Program-made: the position numbers and the translations under genes
Assembly (NCBI GenBank): GCA_028875225.1
Contig: JAPPFB010000002.1
Coordinates: 11,182 to 75,181 of the forward strand
DNA from: Chloroflexota bacterium
Lineage (GTDB): Bacteria > Chloroflexota > Dehalococcoidia > Bin125
DNA length: 64,000 bases
Direction: 5' to 3'
Part shown: piece after piece, positions 26,682 to 36,073 of the stretch
How the letters are laid out: each line of letters begins with the position of its first letter
Position numbering within the stretch: position 1 is the first letter of the stretch
The notes under the pieces: model-generated
Told to the model about the DNA's origin: nothing
Database searches by the model: none
The model's input: the letters and a program-made list of their open reading frames with translations, nothing else

Positions 26682-28610
26682 TTAGGCCTTCAGCTTCTGC
26701 GCGTAAATCGCGTTCAGACCGGTCGAGGTGTCGTAGTACTCGTTGTAGAGGATCTGCGGCGTCACCGCGTAGAGGTGCGGCAGACCGAACAGCGGCACCT
26801 GGAACGCATTCTCGTACGAGATCACCGACGCCTGGTAGTAGAGATCGTTGGCGCGCTGCTGATCGAACTCAGCGTTCGCTTCCTCGATCAGGGCCTGGAA
26901 CTCCGAGAACTCCGGCAGGAAGTCGTCGCCCTCTTGCGCGTGCGAGTACGGTGCGCCGATCGTCGTCACCAGCCGGTATGCGAAGGCCGGACCCAGCGGA
27001 GCGCCACTGGACACGCCCGCCTGGTTGAAGACGAACGGGTGTGGGAGCTCGTTGTTGCGAATCAACGCCAGCGCGTTGCCGAAGTCGGCGTAGTCGATCT
27101 CCACCTGGAAGCCGACGTCGTTGAGCATCTGTTGGACCGCCGGCATCCAGATCCGGTCGGCGGTCCACAGACCCGTCGGCAGCGTGATCGTGAAGGCGAA
27201 CCCGATCTGGCCGGCCTCTTCGAGCAGTGCCCGCGCCTTGTCCGGGTCGTAGTTGTACTGACCGGGCAAGTTGCCGATCGGCGGGTCGTAACCGGCCGGG
27301 AACGGCGAGTAGGCACGCTCTTCGGTACCCGTGAGCAGGTTCTCGATGATCGCGTCGGCGTCGATCGCATAGTTCGCGGCTTGCCGGACGCGCACGTCGC
27401 GCCACGGGTTCTCTTCGCCCGTGATCGGGTCGAGCGATTGATTGACCGGCAGCTCCAGCGCCATCACGCGGACATCGGGAAGCGCGATCACCTTGAAGTC
27501 GTCGCGGTCCTCGAACTGCTTGGCCACGTCGGGGCTGATCCGGTAGGCGATATCGACCTCACCGGCCTCCAACGCAGCGGCGCGGGCCTGCTCTTCGGGG
27601 AAGTAGCGGCCCGTGATGTACTTGGCCCAACCGGCCTTGTACTGGAACGGCGCGTCGTGATCGAAGGCGAAGTTCTCAAAGCGCTGACTGCGAATCTCCT
27701 GATCGGGGACCCACGACATGAACTGGTACGCCCCGCAGCCGATCGGGTTGTTGGCGAAGTGGTCGTCGCCGTTGTCGATGATGTACTGCTTCGGCAGCAG
27801 ACCGAAGTTGATCCCACCCGACTGTTCGGGCGCGTCGACGAACGGCGTGTCCATCGCAATGTCGACCGTGTACTCGTCAACGACCGTGATGTCGCCCATC
27901 CAGCCGGCGCGCGCGCGGAGTTGCGACTCGAAGTCGGGGTTGTACTCGGCCCGGCCGAGGATCCGCTCGTAATAGAACTGCACCGACTCGGCGTTCAGCG
28001 GCTCGCCGTTATGGAAGGTGACGCCTTCCTTGATCTTCCAGCGGAAGCTGGACAGGTCGTCGGCAAACTCCCAGTCGCCGAAGCCGCCCTCGGCCTGGAT
28101 CACGCGACCGGAGTTGTACGCCGCCAGCGCCGCGAAGTGCAGGTTGTTGCTCGCGCCCTGGCCGCCGCCGCCGCCGGCGGTGGTGATGTCGAGCGTCGGC
28201 GGGAACGACCCGTAGCCGACGACGAGCTCGGCGTCGAGGTCGACCTCTGAAACTTCGGCCTCTTCCTGCGCCGTCGAGCGGTCCAGCTCCTCTTCTTGCT
28301 GGGCCTGCTCCTGCTGCTCGACCTGCTGCGCTTGCTGCTCGGCCTGCTGCTCCTGTTGCTGCTGCATGGCCTGCTGCTGAGCCTGCTCCTGCATGGCCTG
28401 CTGCTGTTGTTGCTGCTGCATGGCCTGCTGTTGCTGCTCTTGCTCCGGCTGAGCCTGGGCGACGGTCTGCTGTTGCTGATCGTCGTCGTCATCGCCGCCG
28501 CAGCCGACCAGCGCCAGACCGGCAGCGCCAACGCCAGCTCGCGCCGACGCGCTCAGAAGCGACCGCCGGCTCAGTTTGGTGCGTCGCAGTTTCGTCCAGT
28601 GTCGTGACAT
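26682..28610 (-). CDS. Peptide ABC substrate-binding lipoprotein (family 5) with Tat signal and Gln-rich linker
   Basis: SRRSLL Tat motif, LALVGC lipobox, D/Q-rich tract, GVTFHNGE, PIGCGAY, DVRVRQA, YDPDKARALL; AAGGAG RBS. Confidence 0.9.
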   Translation of the reverse strand: MSRHWTKLRRTKLSRRSLLSASARAGVGAAGLALVGCGGDDDDDQQQQTVAQAQPEQEQQQQAMQQQQQQQAMQEQAQQQAMQQQQEQQAEQQAQQVEQQEQAQQEEELDRSTAQEEAEVSEVDLDAELVVGYGSFPPTLDITTAGGGGGQGASNNLHFAALAAYNSGRVIQAEGGFGDWEFADDLSSFRWKIKEGVTFHNGEPLNAESVQFYYERILGRAEYNPDFESQLRARAGWMGDITVVDEYTVDIAMDTPFVDAPEQSGGINFGLLPKQYIIDNGDDHFANNPIGCGAYQFMSWVPDQEIRSQRFENFAFDHDAPFQYKAGWAKYITGRYFPEEQARAAALEAGEVDIAYRISPDVAKQFEDRDDFKVIALPDVRVMALELPVNQSLDPITGEENPWRDVRVRQAANYAIDADAIIENLLTGTEERAYSPFPAGYDPPIGNLPGQYNYDPDKARALLEEAGQIGFAFTITLPTGLWTADRIWMPAVQQMLNDVGFQVEIDYADFGNALALIRNNELPHPFVFNQAGVSSGAPLGPAFAYRLVTTIGAPYSHAQEGDDFLPEFSEFQALIEEANAEFDQQRANDLYYQASVISYENAFQVPLFGLPHLYAVTPQILYNEYYDTSTGLNAIYAQKLKA

Positions 28611-28759
28611 GGCTCCTTCTTTCCACTTCCTGGAAACTTTCGCTTCCGCGAAAGATACAGAAATTCAATTGCGGTTCGCGACCGCTGTTGTTCCATCATC
28701 GCCCCGCCGGTCGCGGCAATCGCGAAGCGCTGCCGGCCCGAGCGAACTCTGCCCAGGAC

Positions 28760-28810
28760 TCATTGGATGTTGCGCAGCTGGGGATTGAGACAATCGCGCA
28801 ACCGGCGTCC
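28760..28810 (-). pseudogene. Remnant of the 3' end of an OppC-type permease gene
   Basis: Translates GRRLRDCLNPQLRNIQ* versus GDWLRDFLDPQLRNIQR* of 24758..25663; no permease sequence upstream. Confidence 0.55.
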
Positions 28811-28919
28811 ACGTTCTCGCACTCTCGGGATGCGGACTTGCGCGAGCCATATCGAGTTGTAGACGATTGGCGGAACGGCAACTCCGATCCAACCTTGAGC
28901 CCGGGAACGAGGCCGACCA

Positions 28920-31178
28920 ATGCCCCAGCTGGAACACGAACGCGGATTCACCGGCACAATCCGCGCCACGATCGCTGATTCGGAGAGTTCCTGGAGCCAA
29001 GACCCACCAGCAACCGGCCCCAACATCGTCGTCATCGTCCTCGACGATGTCGGCTATTCCCAGCTGGGCTGCTACGGCTCCAGCATCGACACCCCCGCGC
29101 TCGACCGCATCGCCGCCCGAGGCCTGTGCTACTCCAACTTCCACGTCACCCCCCTCTGCTCTCCCACCCGCGCCTGCCTGCTCACCGGACGCAACCACCA
29201 CGCCGTCGGCATCGGCCGCGTGACCGAGATGGACAACGGCTTCCCCAACACCGCCGGATTCATCGCCCGCGAGGCCGGCACGCTGGCCGAGATGCTCAAG
29301 CCCAGCGGCTACCGCACCCTGTGCGTCGGCAAATGGCATCTCGTCGTCAGCACCATGCAGACGCCCGCCGGACCCTACGATCACTGGCCGCTCCAGCGCG
29401 GATTCGACCGCTACTACGGCTTCCTCTTCGGCGAGACCAGCCAGTGGAATCCCGAACTCTTCCTCGGCAACGAACGAATCGACGCGCCCGCCACCGTCGA
29501 CTCGGGCGACGACTATCACCTTTCCGAAGCGATCGTCGACCGCGCCAACCTCTGGCTGCGCCAACTCGCCTCTTCCGGCGACGACGCCCCGTTCTTCCTC
29601 TACGTTGCATTTGCCGCAGCGCATTCGCCGCATCACGTGCCTGCCGCCTGGGCCGACAAGTACCGCGGCCGCTTCGACGACGGCTGGGACGTCGAACGCG
29701 ACCGCATCCTCGCCCGCCAGCGCGCCTCGGGACTGCTGCCCGAGGACCAACAACTCGCCCCGCGCAATCCCAACGTGCGGCCCTGGGACGAGCTTGAGGA
29801 CGACGAACAACACGTCTACGCGCGGATGCAAGAAGTCTTCGCCGGATTCCTCGACCACGCCGACGCCCAGATCGGCCGTCTGCTGGACGAGCTCGAACGC
29901 CTGGGCAAGCTCGACGACACCCTCGTCATCGCCATCTCCGACAACGGCGCATCGGCCGAGGGCGGCGCCGGCGGCACAGTCGATCACACCCGACGCCGCA
30001 ACGCCGTCCGCGACACGCTGGAAGACATCGTGCCGCGCCTCGACGACCTCGGCGGCCCGTTGGTCATGAACCACTACCCGCGCGGCTGGGCCATGGCGGG
30101 CAACACGCCGTTCAAGCGCTACAAATCGCACACCCACTCCGGCGGTGTTCGGGCGCCGTTGGTGATCTCCTGGCCGAAAGGAATCGCCGCCTGCGGCGAG
30201 ACGCGCCGGCAGTTCTGCCATGTCGTTGACCTCGCCCCAACGATTCTCGACCTCGCCGGCGTCACGATGCCCCATTCGATCAACGGCATCGATCAGATCC
30301 CCATGCACGGCGTCTCGCTCAGCTCCACGCTGGAGGACCCGCACGCCCCCTCGCCCAAGATCACGCAGTACTTCGAAATGGCCGGCAACCGAGCCATCTG
30401 GCACGAGGGTTGGAAGGCGGTCACCTTCCACGAGCCCGGCGCCGACTACGACGCCGAGCCGTGGGAGCTTTATCACCTCGAGCAAGACAACGCCGAACTC
30501 AACGATCTGGCCGAAGCAGAACCGCAGAGGCTCCAGGAGTTGATCGAGCTCTGGTGGCGCGAAGCCGAACGCTACGGAGTGCTCCCGCTCGACGACCTCA
30601 CCGGCGGACACCAGCTGCGCCTGCAGCGCCCAGGTCCCGGACGCTGGGTCTTCCAGCAGGGCGCTGTCCTTCCCCACTTCTTCCGCCAGGGTCCGTTCCT
30701 GCTCGGCAGCTCGCATCGGATCGAAGCGAAGATCGAGCGCACCAGCACGGCGCAGGGCGGCGTCATCCTCGCCGACGGCGGCCGCTTCGGCGGCGTCGCC
30801 CTCTTCATCCAGCACAACCGGCTCTGCTACACCACCAACGCCTTCGGCGAGCGCAGCCGCGTAGTCTCCAACGCGGCCATCCCCATCGGAGCCGTCACCC
30901 TCCGCGCCGACGTCGTCCGAGCAGGTGAGGGCGAAGCCTCGGTCCGCATGTTCATCAACAACGAACCGGCCGGTGCCGCCACGCTGGTCCACTTCGAAGA
31001 CCGCAACTACGTCAACGAACCCCTCGAAGTCGGCCGCGACGGCCAGACCCCCGTCGACGACCGCTACGACTCCCCCTTCGAGTTCCAGGGCCGCCTCCTC
31101 GACGTCACCATCGACTCCGCCGGCCGAGAGATTGAGGATCCCCAAACACTGATCGACGACCTCATGCGCACCCAGTGA
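28920..31178 (+). CDS. Arylsulfatase (Cys-type, formylglycine-dependent)
   Basis: PNIVVIVLDD, LCSPTRACLLTGRNHH (CxPxR), GKWHL, SDNG, NTPFKRYK, C-terminal beta-sandwich region; no signal peptide. Confidence 0.93.
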   Translation: MPQLEHERGFTGTIRATIADSESSWSQDPPATGPNIVVIVLDDVGYSQLGCYGSSIDTPALDRIAARGLCYSNFHVTPLCSPTRACLLTGRNHHAVGIGRVTEMDNGFPNTAGFIAREAGTLAEMLKPSGYRTLCVGKWHLVVSTMQTPAGPYDHWPLQRGFDRYYGFLFGETSQWNPELFLGNERIDAPATVDSGDDYHLSEAIVDRANLWLRQLASSGDDAPFFLYVAFAAAHSPHHVPAAWADKYRGRFDDGWDVERDRILARQRASGLLPEDQQLAPRNPNVRPWDELEDDEQHVYARMQEVFAGFLDHADAQIGRLLDELERLGKLDDTLVIAISDNGASAEGGAGGTVDHTRRRNAVRDTLEDIVPRLDDLGGPLVMNHYPRGWAMAGNTPFKRYKSHTHSGGVRAPLVISWPKGIAACGETRRQFCHVVDLAPTILDLAGVTMPHSINGIDQIPMHGVSLSSTLEDPHAPSPKITQYFEMAGNRAIWHEGWKAVTFHEPGADYDAEPWELYHLEQDNAELNDLAEAEPQRLQELIELWWREAERYGVLPLDDLTGGHQLRLQRPGPGRWVFQQGAVLPHFFRQGPFLLGSSHRIEAKIERTSTAQGGVILADGGRFGGVALFIQHNRLCYTTNAFGERSRVVSNAAIPIGAVTLRADVVRAGEGEASVRMFINNEPAGAATLVHFEDRNYVNEPLEVGRDGQTPVDDRYDSPFEFQGRLLDVTIDSAGREIEDPQTLIDDLMRTQ

Positions 31179-31219
31179 GGACAAACCTCACTCCGCGATC
31201 CACTCATTTCCCTGTTCCC

Positions 31220-31265
31220 TTTCTCCCCCCGCTGTGCGGGGGGAGATGCCGAAGGCAGAGGGGGG
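31220..31265. repeat. REP-like palindrome family B
   Basis: TTTCTCCCCCCGCTGTGCGGGGGGAGATGCCGAAGGCAGAGGGGGG downstream of the sulfatase. Confidence 0.85.
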
Positions 31266-31430
31266 TCGCCGTATCGCCTGCCTTCAATGACACACGAAGT
31301 TTCACAACATCGAACCCATGAGCGGGTAAGATCAATAGCAATCACTCCGCGCTTACGCGAAAGCAACTCCCAATGCCCCCTCACACAGACCCGAACACCA
31401 CTCGCACATCCCAATCCACCGCCGCACAGC

Positions 31431-31580
31431 AACGTCCAAATCCGAACAGAATCGAACAACATCGAACAAAACCGAACGCTCCGAACGCCTGCTTCGACGC
31501 AGTTCGACTTCTCCCCACACGTCCCAACATGCCGAAACGACCCGAAAAAACCTGAAAAAACCCGAAAGTCCTGAACGCCC
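31431..31580 (+). repeat. Degenerate 10-bp-period repeat tracts (consensus approx. WYCGAACAAA)
   Basis: TCCGAACAGA/ATCGAACAAC/ATCGAACAAA/ACCGAACGCT and GCCGAAACGA/CCCGAAAAAA/CCTGAAAAAA/CCCGAAAGTC. Confidence 0.75.
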
Positions 31581-31761
31581 CGAATCGCACGATCTCCCGC
31601 AAAACACTGGAGATCGTCACGCCCGGTTCTGTGTTCTGGTCCGAGAAAAAAAGCTCGCCGAAAAGCTGAAACTCAGTCCGATGAGCTGACAAATGAGCTG
31701 AATTGCGAAGGCGGTACCCTCGGCCCAGCCGCGAAACGACACCGACGCGTGGAGGCCTGAC

Positions 31762-32847
31762 ATGTCAGTCGAGTTTTGGACCATGGGCGCCGGCGTCCCG
31801 ACCAGATCCGCTCCGGGCGGCAGCTCCGGCATGCCCGCCTTCGACGGCGTGCAGATGGCCGTCGAGGCCGAGCAGCTCGGTTACGACGGCATCGTCTGGG
31901 TCGACAGCCAGAACCTCGCACCCGACTGCTACATCTCGATGGCCCTCGCCGCCCACGCGACCTCGCGGATTCAGCTCGGCACCGGCGTGACCAATTCCTT
32001 CACGCGCCATGCCGCCGTCACCGCCTCCTGCATCGCCACCGTGCAGGCGGAGAGCCAGGGCCGCGCCCACATGGGCATCGGCCGCGGCGACTCCGCCCTG
32101 GCCCATCTGGGACTCGCGCCTCACGCGGTCGATCCGTTCGAGCGCTACCTCGAGGAACTCCAGGCCTACCTGCGCGGCGACAGCGTCGCCTTCGGCGAGA
32201 CTGACGTCGAGGCGCTCGGCCTCGCCGATACGCCCGAGGCCAGCAACATTCGTTACATCAAGGGCATGGGACCCAAAGTGCCGGTCGATGTCGCCGCCAC
32301 GGGACCCCGCGTGATCCGGGCCGCCGCCCGCCACGCCGACCGAGTCAGCTTCAACGTCGGCGCCGATGTCGATCGCACCCTCTGGGGCATGGACGTCGCC
32401 CGCGAAGCCCGCGTCGAAGCAGGCCTCGATCCGGAGATCCCATTCGCCGCCTACATTCCCCTCGCCGTCCACGACGACCCCGAGCGCGCCATGCAGATCG
32501 GCGCGGGCCAGGTCTCGCTCTTCGCCCGCTTTTCCAACATGTACGGCCAGGTCGTCGGACCGGCGACCGAGCAGCAGACGAAGGTACTCACCGACATCCA
32601 CGACCACTACGACATGCACGGCCACGGCCGACCGGGCAGCGCCCAGGCCGGTGTCATCCCCACCGAGTTCGAGCGCGCCTTCGGCGTCTTCGGCCCGCCC
32701 GACTACGTCGTGCAACGCCTCGGAGAACTGATCGACATCGGCATCGACCGCTTCATCTTCCGAGGCTCCCCGCTCGACCCGGCCAACCCCGACACCGAGT
32801 CGAGCGTCCGCTTCACCCAGGAAGTCATTCCGCAGTTGAAAGGCTGA
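31762..32847 (+). CDS. LLM-class (luciferase-like) flavin/F420-dependent oxidoreductase
   Basis: AEQLGYDGIVWVDSQ, IQLGTGVTN, GIGRGDSA, AATGPR, FGPPD. Confidence 0.88.
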   Translation: MSVEFWTMGAGVPTRSAPGGSSGMPAFDGVQMAVEAEQLGYDGIVWVDSQNLAPDCYISMALAAHATSRIQLGTGVTNSFTRHAAVTASCIATVQAESQGRAHMGIGRGDSALAHLGLAPHAVDPFERYLEELQAYLRGDSVAFGETDVEALGLADTPEASNIRYIKGMGPKVPVDVAATGPRVIRAAARHADRVSFNVGADVDRTLWGMDVAREARVEAGLDPEIPFAAYIPLAVHDDPERAMQIGAGQVSLFARFSNMYGQVVGPATEQQTKVLTDIHDHYDMHGHGRPGSAQAGVIPTEFERAFGVFGPPDYVVQRLGELIDIGIDRFIFRGSPLDPANPDTESSVRFTQEVIPQLKG

Positions 32848-32852
32848 GCACT

Positions 32853-33917
32853 ATGCCGGTCGAATTCTGGACATCCGGTCGAGGCCTGGCTGCGAGCGGC
32901 GATCCGTCCGCCTTTACCTCCGCACGGCAGGCGCAGCGCGCCGAGGAGCTGGGCTTCGACGGCATCACCTTCGTCGACAGCCAGAACCGGTCCAGCGACT
33001 GTTACGTCGCGCTGACCGTCGCCGCCCAGGCAACCACGCGGCTCAAGCTCGGCACCGGAGTGACCAACTCCTACACCCGGCATCCCGCCGTGACCGCCTC
33101 GGCGATCGCCGCGATCCAGGCCGAGAGCGGCGGGCGCGCCTATCTCGGCATCGGACGCGGCGACTCGGCCCTGGCCCATCTCGGACTGGCGCCGCACGCG
33201 GTTCCCAGGTTCGAGCACTACCTGGAACAGCTCCAGGGCTACCTGCGCGGCGACGACGTGGCGTTCGGCGAGACCGACGTCCACATCCTGGGCCTGGCCG
33301 ACACACCCGAAACCAGCCGCATCGAATGGCTCAATCCGTCATATCCCAAGGTGCCCGTCGACGTGGCCGCCACCGGCCCGCGCGTCATCGCCGCCGCCGC
33401 CCGGCACGTCGAGCAGGTCAGCCTGGCCGTCGGCGGCGATCCGGAACGGATCCAGTGGGGCATGGACGTCGCCCGCGAGGCGCGCTCGCAGGCCGGTCTG
33501 GACCCCGAGATCTCCTTCGCCGCCTATGTGCCAACCGTGGTCCACGACGATCCTGAGGTGGCGCTCTCGATCGGCTCCGCCGGCCTCTCGCTCTTCGCCC
33601 GCTTCTCCAACATGTACGGCGAAATCGTCGGCCCGGTCACCGACACTCAGCGAGACGTCCTGACCAAAATCCACGACAGCTACGACATGCACGGTCACGC
33701 CCGCGAGGGCAGCCCACAATCGGCCCAGGTCACGCAGGAGTTCGCCAACAGCTTCGGCGTCTTCGGTCCACCCGACTACTGCGTCCAACGCCTCGGAGAA
33801 CTCATCGACCTCGGCGTCACCCGCTTCATGATCGCCGGCACGACCCTCGATCCAAGTCATCCCAACTCCGAGTGCAGCGAACGCTTCGTCACCGACGTCG
33901 CCCCGCAACTCAAGTGA
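32853..33917 (+). CDS. LLM-class flavin/F420-dependent oxidoreductase (tandem paralogue)
   Basis: AEELGFDGITFVDSQ, LGTGVTN, GIGRGDSALAHLGLAPHAV; closely similar to the upstream gene. Confidence 0.88.
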   Translation: MPVEFWTSGRGLAASGDPSAFTSARQAQRAEELGFDGITFVDSQNRSSDCYVALTVAAQATTRLKLGTGVTNSYTRHPAVTASAIAAIQAESGGRAYLGIGRGDSALAHLGLAPHAVPRFEHYLEQLQGYLRGDDVAFGETDVHILGLADTPETSRIEWLNPSYPKVPVDVAATGPRVIAAAARHVEQVSLAVGGDPERIQWGMDVAREARSQAGLDPEISFAAYVPTVVHDDPEVALSIGSAGLSLFARFSNMYGEIVGPVTDTQRDVLTKIHDSYDMHGHAREGSPQSAQVTQEFANSFGVFGPPDYCVQRLGELIDLGVTRFMIAGTTLDPSHPNSECSERFVTDVAPQLK

Positions 33918-33965
33918 AGGTCAACGGCTCAAGCGACCACAGAGTGTGTTAAGCAGCGGAGTCCA

Positions 33966-34874
33966 ATGCAGGTGATCCCCGAGTACGCCTCAGAACAGGA
34001 CTTGGAGGACGATCTCGTCCGACGGCCACAGGAGTTGCTCAGCGATCCTCCCACTTGGATCGCTCGCCAACTCCACACTTCAGCAAAAGGCTTCATCGAC
34101 CTACTCGGCATTGATAGTGACGGCCGCTTGGTTGTCTACGAGCTCAAGATCAAGCGAACCGGCCGCGAGACAATGGCCCAGATTCTCGATTACGCCTCCT
34201 GGATAGACAGCGAGTCCTTGGACGAGCTAAAGCGCCGGATCGTCCAAGCTCCAATTCAACCCGGGATCGCCGACGCGCGGACCTTCTTGCGAGGCGACAA
34301 CAATCACCTCCGTCCGGCAAGACTCGTAATCGTGGCTGGGGAGGCGAACACCGCCCTGAGTCGCATGGTGCACTTCATGCAGAGCCTGGGGCTCGACATC
34401 CGCGTAGAGATTGTCCGGCACGAGGTCGCACTCGCTCCGGAGATGTACCAGCGAGCTCGCGACTTCGGTGTCGCGGAACAGTGGACCGCCGCACTGGAGA
34501 CATTGGATAGCTGCTTCGAAAGCCGCGGCCATCGCTTACGCCGCCTTCCAAATGGCATCAACTACGAAATCCGCGATCGTTCAGGTTCATTCCGTACATT
34601 CGCAGGTGTCTTTATCAACGATCGCAAGGTAGGCCGAGAACTCGGCGACATCTTTCTCGCTGTGCACGATGCGACGATTGAACATTCAGAAGCCGAGTTT
34701 GACCGATTGAAGCAAACGCTCGAGGGAATCGGCCTGGCGGCTCAGCGGGGCAATGTGCGGATGAAATTCTACGCGCACAATCGAGAGGATCTTACTCCGG
34801 CGTTAAGCGAGCTAGCCGATTACTTGGAGCGCATACTCGAAGAGGTGCAACCGAGAGCGTCATCAGAACAGTGA
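33966..34874 (+). CDS. PD-(D/E)xK nuclease with NucS C-terminal-like domain
   Basis: EQDLEDDL...IARQ...GFIDLLGIDSDGRLVVYELK...AQILDYASW; visibly more A/T-rich than flanking genes. Confidence 0.7.
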   Translation: MQVIPEYASEQDLEDDLVRRPQELLSDPPTWIARQLHTSAKGFIDLLGIDSDGRLVVYELKIKRTGRETMAQILDYASWIDSESLDELKRRIVQAPIQPGIADARTFLRGDNNHLRPARLVIVAGEANTALSRMVHFMQSLGLDIRVEIVRHEVALAPEMYQRARDFGVAEQWTAALETLDSCFESRGHRLRRLPNGINYEIRDRSGSFRTFAGVFINDRKVGRELGDIFLAVHDATIEHSEAEFDRLKQTLEGIGLAAQRGNVRMKFYAHNREDLTPALSELADYLERILEEVQPRASSEQ

Positions 34875-34903
34875 CCCCTCATGATCCAACTTCCGGGCGA
34901 AGC

Positions 34904-36043
34904 TCAGCGCGAGGCCGCTTGATCGAGGAACTTGAGCAGCAACTCCGTCACCGCCTCCGGCTGCTCCTGCTGGACCCAGTGACCGGCACCGTCGACCAGG
35001 TGCATGCCCTGCAGCTTCGTGCAGGCCGACGCCATCCGGTCCCAGCCGCCCGGCGACTGGTACACGCCCCAGTCCGACGAACCGCCAATGAACGCCGACG
35101 GCACATCGATCGTCCGGCCGTGAAACAGCTGTAGCTGCGCCACGCACTCCGGATCGCGCGTCGCCCGATACCAGTTCAGGCCGCCCTGGAATCCGTTGCG
35201 CTCATACTCGCCCGCGTAAACCGCCATCTCCGACTCCGTCAGCCACGAGCAGTTCGCGATCTCCTCCGCCGACGGCATCTCGTGCGCCACCGTCGTGGGC
35301 ATGTCTTCGTCCAGGTCCATCACGTAGTAAGTCGGCAGCTTGGCCAGCTCCGACGCCGTCCAGGCCTCCAGCGGATGCGGCCGATTCTGCGTCCAGTCCG
35401 CGCTCTTGTGGTGGTAGTAGGCGCGCAGGAAGTCATGCACGCCTTGCGGCGCATTCGTCATGTCGGCGTCCGCCGGCCGGGTGCAGTAGTAGAGCTGGTA
35501 GTGCTTGCGCGGACGCTCCAACGCCGCCAGGTCGTCGGCGATGCTCGCCGACCCCCCCGCCCCCGACCCGCGAAGCTCACCCGCCGGCAGACCGGGCGGA
35601 CCGCCAAACGGTCCGCTCATCGTCACGACCGAGCGGAAGATGTCGGGCCGAATCAACGCGCAGTATGCCGCCACCGGCGAGCCGAAATCATGCCCGAATA
35701 CGCCCTCGACGCTGTCCCATCCCAGCGCGCTAACCAGCCCAACCGCGTCGCGAGTCAGGTTCAACATTCCGTAGGGAATCAGGCTGTCGTCGTAGCTCGC
35801 CGTCCACCCGGTCGTCCGCCCGTAGCCGCGCTGATCCGGCGCAACCACGTGAAACCCCGCCTCCGCCATCAACGGCATCACCTTGCGCCAGCTGTACGCA
35901 ATCTCCGGAAAGCCATGCAGCAATAGCAGGCGGGGACGATCCTCGCCCCAGCCAGCCTCGAGGATATGCATCGTGAGGCCGTTGACGCCCTCGACGAATC
36001 GGGAGCGGATCGCCGGATCGAGGGTGTCGGTGCGGTAGATCAT
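34904..36043 (-). CDS. Alpha/beta hydrolase, epoxide hydrolase-like
   Basis: LLHGFPE, APDQRGYG, GHDFGS (Asp nucleophile), LNWYR, AGHWVQQEQP. Confidence 0.9.
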   Translation of the reverse strand: MIYRTDTLDPAIRSRFVEGVNGLTMHILEAGWGEDRPRLLLLHGFPEIAYSWRKVMPLMAEAGFHVVAPDQRGYGRTTGWTASYDDSLIPYGMLNLTRDAVGLVSALGWDSVEGVFGHDFGSPVAAYCALIRPDIFRSVVTMSGPFGGPPGLPAGELRGSGAGGSASIADDLAALERPRKHYQLYYCTRPADADMTNAPQGVHDFLRAYYHHKSADWTQNRPHPLEAWTASELAKLPTYYVMDLDEDMPTTVAHEMPSAEEIANCSWLTESEMAVYAGEYERNGFQGGLNWYRATRDPECVAQLQLFHGRTIDVPSAFIGGSSDWGVYQSPGGWDRMASACTKLQGMHLVDGAGHWVQQEQPEAVTELLLKFLDQAASR

Positions 36044-36073
36044 CTGCGCGGGTGAAGAAGGCGTGCTCGAGCG

